A DNA stretch of 64,000 nucleotides from Eledone cirrhosa. Its lineage: Eukaryota. Below the pieces are notes generated by a model. That model did no database searches. It was not told the DNA's origin and was given only the letters and a program-made list of their open reading frames with translations. Of this stretch, positions 1 through 14,085 are shown one piece after another (the first letter of the stretch is position 1; every line of letters starts with the position of its first letter). The stretch lies in the NCBI GenBank assembly GCA_964016885.1, contig OZ024741.1:223138001-223202000 (forward strand), in the 5' to 3' direction. The translations under genes were made by a program, and so were the position numbers.

Positions 1-215
1 TGGGTGCTTTTTGTTGTGTAACCAGCATGACCACCTTACAAGGTGAACAATACATTTGCACTGACATCATCAGCACAAGCATCTTGCAGGATGAACTGGG
101 CGTTTTTTGTCATGGCACCAGTGTGACCAATATATATCCTACCATTCTGTCACACCTAAAATCTTTAATACACTGTAACAGTTTGTTATTTGAAATTAAA
201 AAGAAAACTTCTCAC

Positions 216-376
216 CAAGAGTAAAAACTTTGGACTTTCTGGGAAAAGAAAGAAAAAAATTGCTGATGTCAAACTAGGTATAACGCAGATGGAAAGGTAG
301 AGACGCCAGTTCTTGTAAACAAAATTCTGCATATGGATGTCTATATGGCTATATGGAATGATTAACCAAGCAAAAC
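216..376 (-). CDS. SV2-like MFS transporter, exon 6 (GFAWLIIPY...NWRLYLSICVIPSLTSAIFFFLFPESPKFLLL); the gene continues beyond the window start
   Basis: atacag acceptor, GTGAGA donor, phases 1/0; AW-x-IIP, WR and PESPKFL motifs of the SV2/sugar-porter-type N-terminal half. Confidence 0.93.
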
Positions 377-1424
377 CTGTATAGAACAATAAATGGAAAC
401 ATTGACTAGAATGTGGTATTTACAAAACATTTACATATGTGTATGTGCATCATCATGGTTTTTACATGTTGGCAAGGGTCTGACAAGATTTTTTTTTAGG
501 CACAAGTATATATATATATATGTGTGTGTGTGTATATGTGCATATCTGACTCTGTGAGTCTTCATATTGGCACTACTTAAATCCAGTGGCAGCATTAATT
601 TATGTTCCATATAAACAATGCATCCTACAGCTAAATGGTTTAGAATAGGCCCATTGTATTCTCCTGTGTGTCATAAGAGGTAACTAAAAGAGTTGGTGCC
701 AGGAAGGGCAACCATCCATAAAACATTGCCTCAAAAAGAACTTTTTGTAATCATATAGTCATGGTTTTATGGTAGAAGCTTTTCTGATTTGATATCCTTA
801 CTATCACCAACCACCTTACAGGGTGTACGGGGTGCATTTTTGTGGCACCATCACTAGAGAGGTTGTTGGTTATTGTCCCAACTGAAGAGTCCTTTCTGCT
901 CTGTTGGGGTTGAGGCTGAGATGAGAAGGAAGATGAGTATGAAGTTATGGATATTTAGCAGTATGGATTATAGAGGTTATTGAGACACGAGTGACATAAT
1001 AATGATTTCAACAGCAGAAATTAGAGATGAAATATATGTTTATTTTTGATGTAGCACAAACAATGGTGTGGTACAGAGGCTGGTTTCTGGCGTGTGATCA
1101 GTCTGCTTTCCAGTGGCTGTCTGTTTTTTTTCTCGCGTTCTCAACCAGCGGGAGATAACTAGGGTTGTTCTATCAAGAGGCGTGAGGCGTCTTACTACAG
1201 ATATATGGCAAGTGTTTATTTATTATATCAATAAATAAAATCTAAGGCTTGGTTTCAAACCACATCACCTATTGCACTCACTCTTTTTGAAACTCATGAA
1301 CATTACAATTTCATTACATTCCCATTATCACATTATAAAAATCCAGAAGGTTCAGGCTTATCTATTCAATATTTATTATCAGTGTTATCATAAGCAACAT
1401 TAGTATTATTATTGTCACATAGAA

Positions 1425-1760
1425 GGTACAGTCATAATATATGAGGCATGCCTTGGGCATTTGAAACGTGGCAGAGCCCATCCTCTCTCTAGGTTTGAAA
1501 ATGAGTGTGTTAGAGGAAGTGAGAAAGAGATATATAGAAGAATCCACCTCAGTGGTGGTACTTTATTTTGTATGTATGGGCACATAACCTCTGGTTGTAG
1601 AAGTGCCATAGAGACATACATTTCTGAGCATTTTAAATCTGGTGGAGCCCATCACCTCTCCAGGTTTGAACACAGCTGAATTCTTCCAGAGAAAAATTGA
1701 AAGTGATAGCGAAGAATTGAAAATGAGATACAGAGGAAGAATCAACCTTAGTTACTGGAC
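1425..1760 (+). repeat. Two tandem ~170-bp copies of a dispersed repeat (related copies near 8640-8750 on - and 10240-10420 on +)
   Basis: ggcatttgaaacgtggcagagcccatcctctctctaggtttgaa recurs as gcattttaaatctggtggagcccatcacctctccaggtttgaa. Confidence 0.6.
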
Positions 1761-1923
1761 TAGTACTTTATTTATTGACCTCAAAAGGATGAAAGGTAAA
1801 GTTGACTGGTATGTGATTTGAACTCAGAGCCAATTCGCCACCTTACCATCAATATAATCATGATGTAGCAAGATGGAAGACAACAGAACTAGATGGAAGA
1901 CAACAGAACTAAATGAAACTCAC

Positions 1924-2045
1924 CAGCTGCAACGATTGTACCACTCATCCAAAAAGCAGCTAACAAAGAAACCATAGCACCACGCCGCTTCTTTGGTTGG
2001 AATTCAATATAATAGGAAAATACAACAGGCATGCTGCCACCAACT
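1924..2045 (-). CDS. SV2-like MFS transporter, exon 5 (VGGSMPVVFSYYIEFQPKKRRGAMVSLLAAFWMSGTIVAA)
   Basis: polypyrimidine tract plus atcag acceptor, GTGAGT donor, phases 2/1; P-x-x-FSY-x-x-EF-x-P-x3-RG and FWM-x-G motifs typical of SV2. Confidence 0.93.
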
Positions 2046-3869
2046 CTGATGGAAGAAAAAAAGGAAATGGACTGAAAATTAGTGTCACAATAAAATGCAC
2101 CAAGTACACACTGTAAAGTTATAGTGCTGGTGCCATGATAAAATGAACCTAGTACAACTGAAAATTGGTAGTGCTGGTCCCATGTTAAATGTACCCAGTA
2201 CACTCTGAAGAAAATTGATGCATGCCGCAAGAGACTAGATGAAGAGGTGAGTCAGCTAGACTCCTGATAGGCAAAAAACAATGTTACAAATTTCTCTGGG
2301 TGGGAAATAACAATGGACTGGGGGAAGTAGGTATCTTATTAGCTGACAAATGGGTAGATAAGGTAATCTCCGTAAATAGAGTGCCACAATAAAATGTACC
2401 CGGTACACTCTCTAAAGTAGTAGTGGAGATGCTACAATAAAATACACCCAGTACACTCTGTAAAATGGTTGCAGTGGTGCCAAGATAAAATGCATCCACG
2501 CAATATAGCCTGAATTTATAGAACGTATATTAAGTATTTGTTTTCTTTCTCTCAGAACCCCATTAATGGTACAAATGTGAACCTATATCCAAAGTATAGT
2601 AATTGTAAGCTCTAAAGAAACTGTCTGTATCTCCTTTCTTTTTCACTCACTTTAGGTGAGAAGTTTAAAGTTAAGGGTCAGCTGACTTCCACAGCTATAT
2701 AAGTTTTTTTAATTTTTGTTCTAGATATCAGGTGTGTAACACTTACTTTTGGTTGAAATCTTGCTTGAAAGTCTAGCTATATTACTTCGGTAGAAATTGT
2801 AAATATATCTTACATTAGTGGTATTTTTTACCTCATTACCTATTTCTTTTCCAATTACATTATTCTGCATAAGGCAGAAGCCATCCCAAAATGTTATTCT
2901 GATATATCCTATGAAGCAACATCTATTTTCCATGCTTGCATGGGTTAGACAGGCTATTACAGTATGAGGCTAGACAGGTCAGGTGACCTTGTATAAGCCA
3001 ACCATGGACATTTGAATAGATTCATAACATGACAGCTTGTCTAACCCATAAAAACATAAAAAATAGATGTTAAATGGTGATGATTATGATTATTATATTT
3101 CATGGGATATATTGGAATGATATTTTGGGATAGCTATTGATCAGGAACAATGTTTCATATAAATATGAGGTAGATGTGGCCTTTTTGATCACACCACACT
3201 TTAAAAATGTTGAGGCTTCAACTTCCTTTTTGGTGGATCAGCAGAGTCATTAGAACATCATACAAAATGCCTTGTAATGTTTAATTATGATAATTTACAT
3301 TCTGAATTAAAATCTCACCGATGTCAACTTTGCTTTCATCCTTTCAAGGTCAACAAAATATATCACCATTTACATACTGGAGTTGATATAATCAACTTTT
3401 GCCTCTCCACAAATTGTTGTCCTTCATCATCACCATTTAACATCTATTGTTTCTATGCTTGCATGGGTTAGACGGGTCCTCCATGTTATAAGACAAGTCT
3501 GGCAAGATGGCCACACCATTGCTTGCTCAAACGGAACAATATTTTGGCTGAGATTTTTACAGCTGGGAGCTCTTCCTACTTCCTAACACCAACCATGTTT
3601 ACAGTGTGGAACTGGGTGGTCCAGTTATGAGGAGGGTCTAACCAATTGGCGACAATGTACCCTGCTCAAAGTGAAACCATATTTTGGGAGCTGGGTGGTC
3701 TCGTTGAGGGAGGTCTGACCATACAATGTTCATAGCAGCACTGTGTTTTAGCTTAATTTTTACGGTTGCTGGATGCCCTTCCTAACACCAACCATGTTTA
3801 TAATATGGGACTGGGTGGTCCTATTTATGAGGTGAGTTTGATTGCGTTTTCACGGCTGATATTATTATT

Positions 3870-4075
3870 ATAGAGCAGTGGATTGACAGTATTGGTAGAG
3901 GGTCGGATGCCATGCTTTGCAGCATAGAGTTACGGTTCTTTATGGTCTGAGTTCAAATCCTGCTGAGGTTAACTTTGCCTTACAAGGTCGATAAAATAAA
4001 GTACGAGTAATGCACTGAGGTAATTGCTGGCCTTGTGCCCAAAGTAGAAACAATTATTATTATTATTATTATTAT
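3870..4075 (+). mobile_element. tRNA-derived SINE; the family recurs at ~3160-3420, 8450-8590, 11120-11320, 19545-19615, 37665-37855, 38130-38310 and 41255-41700
   Basis: A-box-like ggtagag, B-box GTTCAAATCC, conserved core (actttgcctttcatcc...ggtcgataaaataaagtaccag) and (ATT)n tail. Confidence 0.8.
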
Positions 4076-4769
4076 CTTCATTGCCATCGTTATATTTTAT
4101 TCTTTACTTTTTATTAATGGCTATTTCAAACCACCACTTAATTTTATTTTGTTGTTTTGTTATGGTTTTTATTTTACTTTATTTGTCTTTATGTTTGGCA
4201 TTATATCCCTTCCCCCTTTTTCATCTTACCTTCTCTTTTTTTTTCTCATTCTTTTCTTCATTTAACCATCACCATCTATCAATCATCCTCCGAACCCTCC
4301 TCTACTCTGTCCACATTTACACATGTCTATACATAAACAAACTCATTAACTGCTTAATGAACACAACCACAAGGATATGGTCCAAACGTTGTAATGTATT
4401 TATGTATGTATGTATACCAAAGTATAGTTGGAAGGAATGAGAGAGTGATAAAGAGAATGAGTAAAGCTTCAGATTGATCAACACCTCATATCACCTCCTT
4501 ACTCTTAGCCTCATGCTGCTGCCCTTTCATCTTTTCCACCCCCCTCTTCCCTTTCTTTCTCATTAACTCTCTTCTATTTTCTGACATATTTTTCCCCCCA
4601 CAAACAACCGATCAAAACAAAGAATGACAGTACATCCCCAACTGAATGAGAAATGGGTATTTTAAGTTATATGCAGATATCTCCCATCATTAACGAATCC
4701 AAGAGTCTGATGAGCTATTGATTCCAGAGCCGAGCCCGATCAATACAGATCAAACCTTGAGCTGATCAA

Positions 4770-6860
4770 TCATAAAATTGATGTATGCTGCATACAAAAG
4801 ACTAGATGGAGAGCAGAGTCAGCTAGACTCCTTGTAGGCAAAAAACAATGCTACAAATTTCTCTGGGTGAGAAATGACAATGGACTGGAAGAAATAGGTA
4901 TCTTATTAGCTGACAAATGGGTAGATAAGGTAATCTCCATAAATAGAGTGAACGTGAGAATCATTAAACTCAGACTAGTCCTAAATAGAACAATGACCAC
5001 AATTATATCTACATACACACCCCAATCTGGGTTGACAGAACTCAAAGATGGGATTTACAAATCTCTAATGCTCACTACTACGCTAACGGATGACAGTAAC
5101 TTACTGAAGACTTTAATGAACGTGATGGAAAACACTGTGCTGGCTTCTACAGAGTCCATGGGAGCTAAGGATTTGGCGCAAGAAATGAAGAAGGTTTCAG
5201 GCTCCTAGAATTCTGTGACGTCAATGACTTATCAATATGTAACACAAACTTCAAAAAAACCTGACAACCACTTGATCACCTATTGATCTGGTGAACATGC
5301 TAGCCAGATAGATTTTATCCTTACCAGAGGGCGAGATAGAATAATGGCTGTAAATAGGAAAGCCTTCCCTGGTGAGGAATGCACCTCCCAACATAACCTG
5401 CTAGTTAGCAACTTCATTGTCAGAGCTAGATCAAGCTGGAGACAGAGGGCAACCTGGAGGAGAAGGATATGGAAGATGAAAGAACCGTCAGCCAATAACA
5501 GATTTAGAGATATTTTGCTTGACGCCTGTGACAGTAAGGAAGAATGAATAGAGACATTCAATATAGAAGAGCATTAGGAGTTCCTAAAAGATAATCTACT
5601 GAAGGCGACAGACGAGATCTGGATGGAAGAGGGCTACAGAGAGGAGAGTGACTTGGTGATGGAACAATAAGGTAGATGAGACAATTAAGGCCAAGAGACA
5701 TGCATGGAAATAATGGAAGAACAGGGGAAGCAGGGTACACTACATAGAGGCCAGGAGGGAAGCTAGACGACAAGTATGCTTAGCAAGGAGGGAAGTAGAG
5801 GATAAAATATTCAAGCATGTTTTGCAGCGTATGACCAGAGACACGAGGCATTCAGGATTGTAAAGCAGGGTCTTAGGGAAAATTGTGATGTCATTGGTGA
5901 GAAGTGTGTCTGGGATGATAAAAGCGCACTTGCCCTCGTAAGCGCCGAAAAGAAAGCTATACGAAAGAGGCATTATGAAAGACTAGCAGAAAAACCACCC
6001 TGCGGGCGGTTTTCTGTTAGCATATTTAGTGTGCATATTGATATTATACGCAAATATATATGCATATAGATATGATACGTAAATTGAAAAGTAAATTGTC
6101 TTCACTGGCAGCTTGCCTAACTGAGGGAACTGGTGATGCTCGTGAGGGTGCTTGGCTGTTCCAGTGCATCAGCCTCATCACCAACTGAGTTAACACTGTA
6201 GGTGTGCTGGCTTGCCTCAAAAATTATTAGAGAGGTTTGCCAGTAATCTTCGCAATATTGTTATCTCTTGCTCTGGTAGCGGTTCGTTTGTCCACCCCTT
6301 TCGCTTGCCTTTTGTTGTATGTGGTCCTAGATGTATGCATTACCTGCTTGAGTATTTTAATTTTTTTTCTTTCTCTTTTCTTTCTTATGTTTGTAAAATA
6401 ATAAAATAAAACTACATTTGTAATAGTATTTACACAATTGTGAATAAAATCGTAACTGACAATATGCACAGAAATTGAACGAAGACTGTTACACTTCCTT
6501 CTGTAATCAGTAAAGTAATCTATGATACATTTAAAAAAGATGATATTATATTTAAAAGCCATTATGCCGAAATGTTATGAAAATGATATAACGAATGCTA
6601 ATGGCAGTGTTATAAGCAATACATTTCATATATAAGAATATTTATGCTTAATCAAGAGCTTCAAAATTTAGTAGATAAATTACATAATATTCATTCATGA
6701 TTTATTCAAAGTAATCCAACTTATTTTAATAACGTGTTCAGAAAAAATATCCCTGAGTCTCGCAGTTCTCCAATCATTATATATTAGATTACTGGCTGAT
6801 GAGAATGCATGGGAGAAAGAGACCCTACTCCAAGTGAACCCTACAGAGGGCTCAGCCATA
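4770..6860 (+). mobile_element. Decayed RTE-clade LINE fragment (APE endonuclease and linker), interrupted by a Helitron at 5983-6788
   Basis: frames read ILLADKWVDKVISINRVNVRIIKLRL, FPGEECTSQHNLL and HYER|LLADENAWE; similar to 53208-54554; many stops and frameshifts. Confidence 0.85.
5983..6788 (-). mobile_element. Non-autonomous Helitron (806 bp)
   Basis: minus strand starts TC and ends with hairpin (CAGAAAACC...GGTTTTTCTG) plus CTAG; inserted between host A and T with no TSD; removing it rejoins the RTE codons. Confidence 0.85.
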
Positions 6861-7620
6861 CAAGTAAGCACTTTCATAACTTGATCCATCTGTTTTATGC
6901 CCCTATAATTGCTCCTCTCCAGAACATCCCATTTACTTTTGTAACAATTAACAAGTATACTGCTGCACCAGTCTTTGGGTATGACTCGGCCATATATTAC
7001 TTAATTGACTATGCATGTAACTAGTTTAGTTCCTACATCTCCTGATGTCCAGCGGCCTTACCACTTTTCATCTTTAATTTCTTCTTTGACCCTATAGTCA
7101 TCAACCCCAGTAGATGGTCCCTCTGTTGAGTCTGCTGCGGGTAGTTTCTCTCTCTCCCATTCATTCTTAACATTCATCAATCTCTCATAATGACATTTCC
7201 AGGCCTCTTTTTTCTGAGCATCAGTGACATTAAGTGCACCAGCATCATTTTGGACACACTTATCTCCAACAACATCCTGATTTACATTGACACACTGCCT
7301 TGCAATGTGGAACACTTCATGCTTCTGATTCTCACATTGCCAAACATTGGCAAATCACCTATTCTGTGTGCTATGTACACTTGACGTCTAGCTTCTCTTT
7401 TAGCAGCTGAGTACCAGTCTCTATTCCCTCCATTTTTCCAATCCTTCCATGCTTGTCTCTAGTCCTTAATGCCTCCATTCACCATGCTGTTCCACCACCA
7501 AGTCACCCTCGGTTAGTTGGAGCTTTGCTCCAGCCACAAGTCTCTTCAGTTGCATGCAGTAGGTTGTCGCGTAAGAACTTCTAATTGTCTTCTATATCAT
7601 ATAATTCTAATTTGTCTTCT
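6860..7620 (-). mobile_element. RTE-clade LINE fragment (linker to RT start)
   Basis: KKEAWKCHYERLMN and NYRGIKQMDQVMKV, homologous to 54280-54660. Confidence 0.8.
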
Positions 7621-8081
7621 CTCATCATACACATCTTGTAGGGTTTAATTTAACCTATATTTAAGTGAAAGGTCCTTTAGCTTCCAGACCTTCTTGTATG
7701 TTTCGTTCTTCGTTCTGTCTTTTGCTTATTGAGATGTCACTAACGACTAAATGATGGCGGGGGGGGGGGGGGGGGGCATTTATATTAGAAATATTATAAT
7801 ATATGATAGTTTTAAAAAAAGCCTGTATAACTAAGACTTTAGAATATAAATTCAAAATAGGATAATCATTTCTAAGGTATTTTGAGGGCAGCAACAGTTT
7901 GAATGCAAGTACATAAACTTCAAAATATATGATGTATTGTCCATCCTTTCCAAATTTGCAGGTTCTATACCAGTATTCTTAACTCATTTACTAGCTCCAA
8001 CCAGTGATGTGTCCATGCTGTCTTGTATAACATTTTGTTAGTATGCACATATGTATATATTATATAATTTTATATACTTAC

Positions 8082-8244
8082 CCAATTCCACTAATAAATC
8101 TCATGGAAGTGAAAAGCCAATATTCCTGAGCAACACTAGAAATAAGGCCTGCAATACCATTGAGTGTTAATGAACACAGAAGGACCTTACGTCGACCAAT
8201 TTCATCAGCTATTACACCCCACATATAACCACCTATCAGCATTC
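8082..8244 (-). CDS. SV2-like MFS transporter, exon 4 (GMLIGGYMWGVIADEIGRRKVLLCSLTLNGIAGLISSVAQEYWLFTSMRFISGIG)
   Basis: tttcag acceptor, GTAAGT donor, phases 1/2; MFS motif A (G-x3-D-x2-GRR) and RFISGIG in TM4. Confidence 0.93.
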
Positions 8245-10649
8245 CTGAAATCAAAACAAAGCAGGAAATGAATAAATTAACCCTTCATAACTATATTTCA
8301 AAATAAAATACACATCCTATGATTTTCAGAGGATTTTGAAAATAATCAAGATTTAGTAATATAACTAACATCCTCTTATCTGCAATTTGGAACATAACAG
8401 TTAAAATTATGATGGAAGTTATTTTTAGATAAATATAAACACTTTAGGCAGTGAATTGGCAGATATGTTAGAATGTTAGGTGGAATGCTTTGTGGTAATT
8501 GTTCCAGCTCTCTGAATTCAAATTCCACTAAGGTCAACTTTGCCTTTTATCTTTCAAGGTAGATAAAAAATAGTACCACTCAATACTGGTACTGATTCTT
8601 CCTCTATATATCTTTATAACTTCCTCTCCACTTCCTCTCACCTTCTCTAGAAGAAATTTACTGTATTTTGAGCTGGAGAGGCGATGGGCTCTACCAGGTT
8701 TAAAGTGCCCATGACATCAGGAGCTATGGGTTCATACATACAAACACTTTAAAACATACAGCTCAGTACCATAAAATCAAGGGCAGTTACAGGCAGTTTG
8801 ATATCAAAAAGGTTAAGATGTCTGAAAAGACTTTGTATAGATCTATCAATACCGTATTTATTTTTAAATTACTCTATTTTCCTATGTTTTCTCTATTTAA
8901 CAATGTGTAAGACGGGATTCATCTTTGACTCTTTTTTTACTTATAACTGATATTAATGAGTACTTTCATAGTGTTTTCTAATAAATTTTCATCTAGTTTA
9001 GTTCATATAATTTTAATACACGCCAATACCTGTCCTTCTTTTATAAGTGTTTTTTTTAATTTTTTTTAAATAATCAGGTATGATTTGACAGTAATTTCAC
9101 TATTATTTCTAGCAGATCAAATTACCACATCAAGGCTGCTTCATTGTAATATGGAGTTTAATGATCAGGTAAATAGGCTTTAAAAAAAACCCTAAAATAT
9201 ATTAATCTGGTGACATTCACACAGGTTTTTACCCATTTCCCTTCTCAAAATAAACTGTAGCATGTCGAATAAAGTGTTTTGCCCTGACAATACAAACCAA
9301 AACTGGATTCCATTTCATTATCCATGAACTGTTAATCCCATACATCATCCACTAAGTTATTTTTTCTCTACAAACATTGAGGTTGTTGTTCTACAACAGC
9401 TACAGCTGGTGCCACAACAAAAAGCACTCAGTAAACCCTATAAAGTGGTAGTGCTGGTGCCATAAAAAAATGCTCCCAGTACACAGTGTAAAATGTTTGG
9501 CATAAGAAAGGGCACACAACAGTAGAAAACTGTACAAAAAATGAGCAAGACATTAATCTGTATCCTATAGATCATCATCATCATCATCATCATCACCATT
9601 TATTTCCAAGCATTTATGGGTTCAACAAGCTGTAATATAGACAGCTCAGGTGACCACATTTTGCTTGTAGGGTCTGTTTTGGGGTTTGCCTCTATGTCTG
9701 GATGCTCTTCCTAATATCAACCACTTTACACCATGTACTAAGAGCATTTTATCATGACTCCAATACAGTCTGGTCTGCCTGCGTTTTTATTATGGCACTA
9801 ACATCTTACAGGGTGAACTGGGTGCTTTTTTTCGTGGAGCCAGCACTACTGCCTTACAAGATGTAGTAGGTGCTTTTAGTTGTGTAACCAGCACTGTCTT
9901 AGAAGATGGACTGGGTGTGTTTTATCGTGCTACCAGCACTACTGCCATACAGTAATGGTGTTAATTACTAATGTTTTTCTGTTTTTTTTTCATTGTGTTG
10001 TGATTTAATGTGCTGTAAGAGTTCCATGTTGCATACAGAGGGACAGGTTATACCAAAGCATGAAATGTTTGCAATGCAAGCCCTATCAGTTCCTAAAGCT
10101 ACTCAACAACAAATCCAATATGCTTACAAATGAGCCTATACATGATTGTTTGATATGCTAAAAATAGCAGCCACATACCCCACTCTACGGTTCTAAAAAT
10201 AAAAAAATGGACTTATTAGGTAATGCCTTGAATGCATATAAGGACCCATAACTCCTAGTGGAATTGTAGGGATGCTGTAGTGACATATGGTGTGTCGTGG
10301 GCATTTTAAACCTGGTGGAGTCTATCCTTTCTACATGTCTGAACACAACCAATTTCTTCCAGAGAAGTAGAGAAAAAGAGAGGAGGTGAGAAAGAATAAA
10401 CCCCAGTGCTAGACTGGTACTTCTTTTTTTTTTTTTTATTGACCTTGAAAGGATGAAAGGCAAAGTTGACCTCAGACAGAATGAACACTGTAAAGCCTTC
10501 TATCCAACATTCTAATGGCTGCTAATTTGCCAATGTAGACTAAGGATCTCCTTAAAAAGCTTGAGATGGTTGTGGTAAGAATTCCTTTGATTATGTCGCC
10601 TTGATTAAAATTAAAGTAGAACTAAAGAATAATAGTAGCAACAACTAAC

Positions 10650-10811
10650 CAACAAACATTGATGCATTGAGGACAGCCACATACAACTCAGAAATGTTGA
10701 AGTCACAGGTGACAGAGGGCAACACAAAGGAAAGAGATATAATTTCTATGGCATCACTGGAGACAGCCCAACCACAGATAAAAAGCAACAGATAATGGAA
10801 TATACCATTTC
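10650..10811 (-). CDS. SV2-like MFS transporter, exon 3 (TM1-2: GNGIFHYLLLFICGWAVSSDAIEIISLSFVLPSVTCDFNISELYVAVLNASMFVG)
   Basis: ttttcag acceptor, GTTAGT donor, phases 1/1; G-x-G-x-F-H...D-x-x-E...FVLPS signature of SV2-family TM1. Confidence 0.92.
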
Positions 10812-12049
10812 CTGAAAAGGAAAATGAAAAGAATTAAGAAATTCAAAAAAATAAAATAATATAATAGCAAACAAACAAGAAATTAAATTTGTTCAGATTG
10901 ATGTTGTTGTAGTGGAGGTTAACTCATTAGAAATTCAATATAATAATTTGAGTTGAACTAGCAAAATGGTTTCAGCTCAAATTGACATGAGATTTGAAAC
11001 ATCTGAGGAAAACTTGGTCATGAGGAATGTGCTCAGGTAAGTTTGGTAAATCAAAATTTGCATTCCATTTGGAATATGGTAAAGGAGTCTAGAATGATCT
11101 TCATTGTTTAGCTCCAAAGGTTGGTGGATTGGCTGTATCAGAAAAACATGGGACATAATGCTTTGTGGTATTTAGTTACAACTTTTTGCATTCAATTCCT
11201 GCTGAGGCTGACTCTACCTTTCATCCTTATGGGGTTGAGAAAATAATGTACTGGAGTTAATATAATCAACTTCCTCCCTGCTCATAAATTGCTGGTCTTG
11301 TGCCTAAATTAGAAATCATTATTGTTTAGCTCCAGGTCAACTCTAATGAAGCAAATTTATGACCAGAAACATTCCAACTACAATCCTATCTTTTCAGAGC
11401 TATCTTAGACTACATTACTCAAGGTGTCCTTTTGTTTTTAACTCTTAGGATACCAAACCACCTCTATTCTATTTAAAAATCTTCCATGTAACCTTTATCA
11501 AGTTATATTCCAAACTTCAGTTTTTTCCTTATTCAGTTTTTTCCAAATTATTTGAAAATCAGTCACTGTCAATTATTAGAAATATGGTAATAAAAGGGCT
11601 AAGGCAGTTAGTCTGAGGTGATATTGGAGTGTGTATGTAAAGAATATGGATAAGAAGAAGGAGGTAAAGTATTAGATTAGAAGCTCATCAATTTTGAGCT
11701 ATTTGCAGAGGTTTACATGTGCAAGGTCAGCTTTTATCATTTCATCCCAAGCTTTCCAAAGTTTTCCTCTTCCGTAGCTTGCGTCAACTTTGAATGCTCT
11801 GCACCTTTTTAGACAGCTGTCATCCTCCATGTCACATCCATACCACTGGAATCTCCTCTCCTCCACATAGCATATAATCTGTCATGTATTACTAATGAAC
11901 TAAATTATAAAACAAAGATAGCCAAATTAAAAATCTTAGAAAAATTGTCAATAAATAGGCAACTGTTTCTGTAATTAACTACCATCATTATCATCGTTTT
12001 TACATCCACCTTTTCATGTTGGCATGGGTTGGATAGAATTGTTTATACA

Positions 12050-12475
12050 ATAGAAGACCCACCTTGCCTATGTACAAAGTGAAATCTACAGTCAGTAGGC
12101 ACCTCTTAACCAAATATATACCCCATCCCACTACCCCTACTCCACCCCCACTCCCACCAACACCACCCTTTCTCTGTAAAATTATGTTGGTACCACAACG
12201 TCCAAAATAAATGAGGTCGTGTAGGTGTCACAACAAAAAAAAAACACACAGTCCACGCTGTAATGTGGCCGTGTAGGTAACATGGTAAAAAGCTCCCAGC
12301 CCACACTGTAAACGTGGTTGTGTTAGGAAGGGCATCCAGCCGTAGAAAACCTGCCAGACAGTCCTATATGAACGAGACATGGTCACCCGACCTACCTTGC
12401 CTCAAGTAGGACAATTCCCGTCTAAATCCATGCTAGCCTGGAAGATAGACATTAAACGATGATGATGATGATGAT
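12050..12475 (+). mobile_element. 5'-truncated RTE LINE 3' end with (GAT)n tail
   Basis: closely similar to 57135-57645, which directly follows an RTE RT ORF. Confidence 0.8.
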
Positions 12476-13444
12476 ATTTCACAGTTAGATGCCCTTCCTG
12501 ACATCAACCCTTTTAGTTGCCACTTACAAAATGCAGGAATACAGTTTACCTATTCTGAAAACTGGGATTCACATGGCATTTGTTTATTAAAAACCCTTTA
12601 TGTGGTTGCTGTTAAGTTTCATATTAACTCACTCATTAAGCAGCAAAGGCCTACACGTAATCATTGTAAAAATTAATATTTTACCGTTTTTTATAAACTA
12701 TCGAAGCGTTGGTTACTATGAAATATTTTTTTAGAAAATGTAGGAATCCCAAATGCAGGAAAGACTGTAACAACAGTTGATTGCTGTAGATAGCTTAGAA
12801 AATCAGATAAAATACCCCTATGGATGGAAAAATGTGGCCAGTAGCTGCTTTGAAGAATCAAAGGATACAGTGTGTGATTTTTCAAAGCAGCAACTAGTCA
12901 CATTTTTCAGTTCATAGGAGTATTTTATTCAATTTTCTAAGCTATTATCTATAACAATTAACTTGTTAGTCTTTGCTATGCTTGAAATTCCTATACTTTT
13001 TAAAAAGAAATTTAGTTTTTAATTTATCAATAAAACAAAAGAACAGAGTTGACTTCACTCACACAATCATCATCATCACCGTTTTACATCCATTTTTCAA
13101 CACTAGCATAGGTTAGATGAGTTGTCCTATTGTGGGCAATGCTAGATCAGGTCTTGCACATATGGAACCGATTCTAGCTTGGTTTTCCCTCAAACACATT
13201 TACATATAAACACACACTCCCACTGACAATAAACAAGAATATTCAAAGCAACTGATAGGAATATATTAAGCGAGATGGGGAAGGATGGGGGGGGGGGCTT
13301 GTCTTATCTGAGAGGTGTAATTCCGCTTGAGTGGTAACCAGTCTATGATGACACATCCAACTCTTGCTAGCAAGCAGGAAAACGTGACATTAAAGAATGA
13401 GGATGATGATGTTGATGATGAATTAAATAAAAGCAGTCACCTAC

Positions 13445-13492
13445 CAGTTGCTTCTAAAGCATCTTCATATGATGTAGAGTCTGGTTTACCTT
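13445..13492 (-). CDS. SV2-like MFS transporter, exon 2 (KGKPDSTSYEDALEATG)
   Basis: tttcag acceptor, GTAGGT donor, phases 1/1; 'YEDALEATG' matches the conserved pre-TM1 helix of SV2/SVOP proteins. Confidence 0.85.
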
Positions 13493-13538
13493 CTGAAAGA
13501 AAAATAAATTGAATACAAATGAACACATTAGTTTAGAA

Positions 13539-13821
13539 CAGAGGCCTGCCAGACCAGTCAGAGTGGCCTGCGATGACCCTTTTTAATTTTTCCTTGTAGG
13601 GTTATTTAGAATTTTTTTTGTAACCGTAATACAATTTTCTGTTAGTTGACCTATACTGAAGGGCTTCACTGATAGGGTTATGTGTTATAATTTCCCAGTT
13701 CCATGTTATGGAAAGAAGTTGTGGTGAATCTTTGGAATAATGCTTAATAAATATTAATGGCCCTAATAGTTGTTCCAATGTTCAAAAGTGGCCCGCCAAT
13801 GGAATATGTTGCACACCCTTG
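13539..13821. mobile_element. hAT (Charlie-like) MITE with 8-bp TSD GTTTAGAA
   Basis: GTTTAGAA at 13531-13538 and 13822-13829; CA...TG termini; internal TGGCCCGC/TGGCCTGC subterminal motifs. Confidence 0.75.
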
Positions 13822-14085
13822 GTTTAGAAGTTTATATGAAGTGATATTCTATTCAGGATACTGAATTGTATAGAAAAAGAGATAACAGTGAATCGATTTT
13901 GTTTGAAAGATGCCACATTTAACATTCTTGATATAAAACAGTCTGAAACATCCCCTGGTTCTACGGAACAAAGCTTTTTTCTTTTAATACTTTTGTTGCC
14001 ATATTTTTAATGAAATATACTGTTAATAGGCTTCAATTAATTTTGGAAATAATAAAAAATTTTGAAGAACTTAGTAAGATAACTA

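Noticed and set aside
1871-1910. Perfect 20-bp tandem duplication beside the exon 5 donor
   Set aside because: Intronic, leaves the GT donor intact, and is an ordinary slippage event
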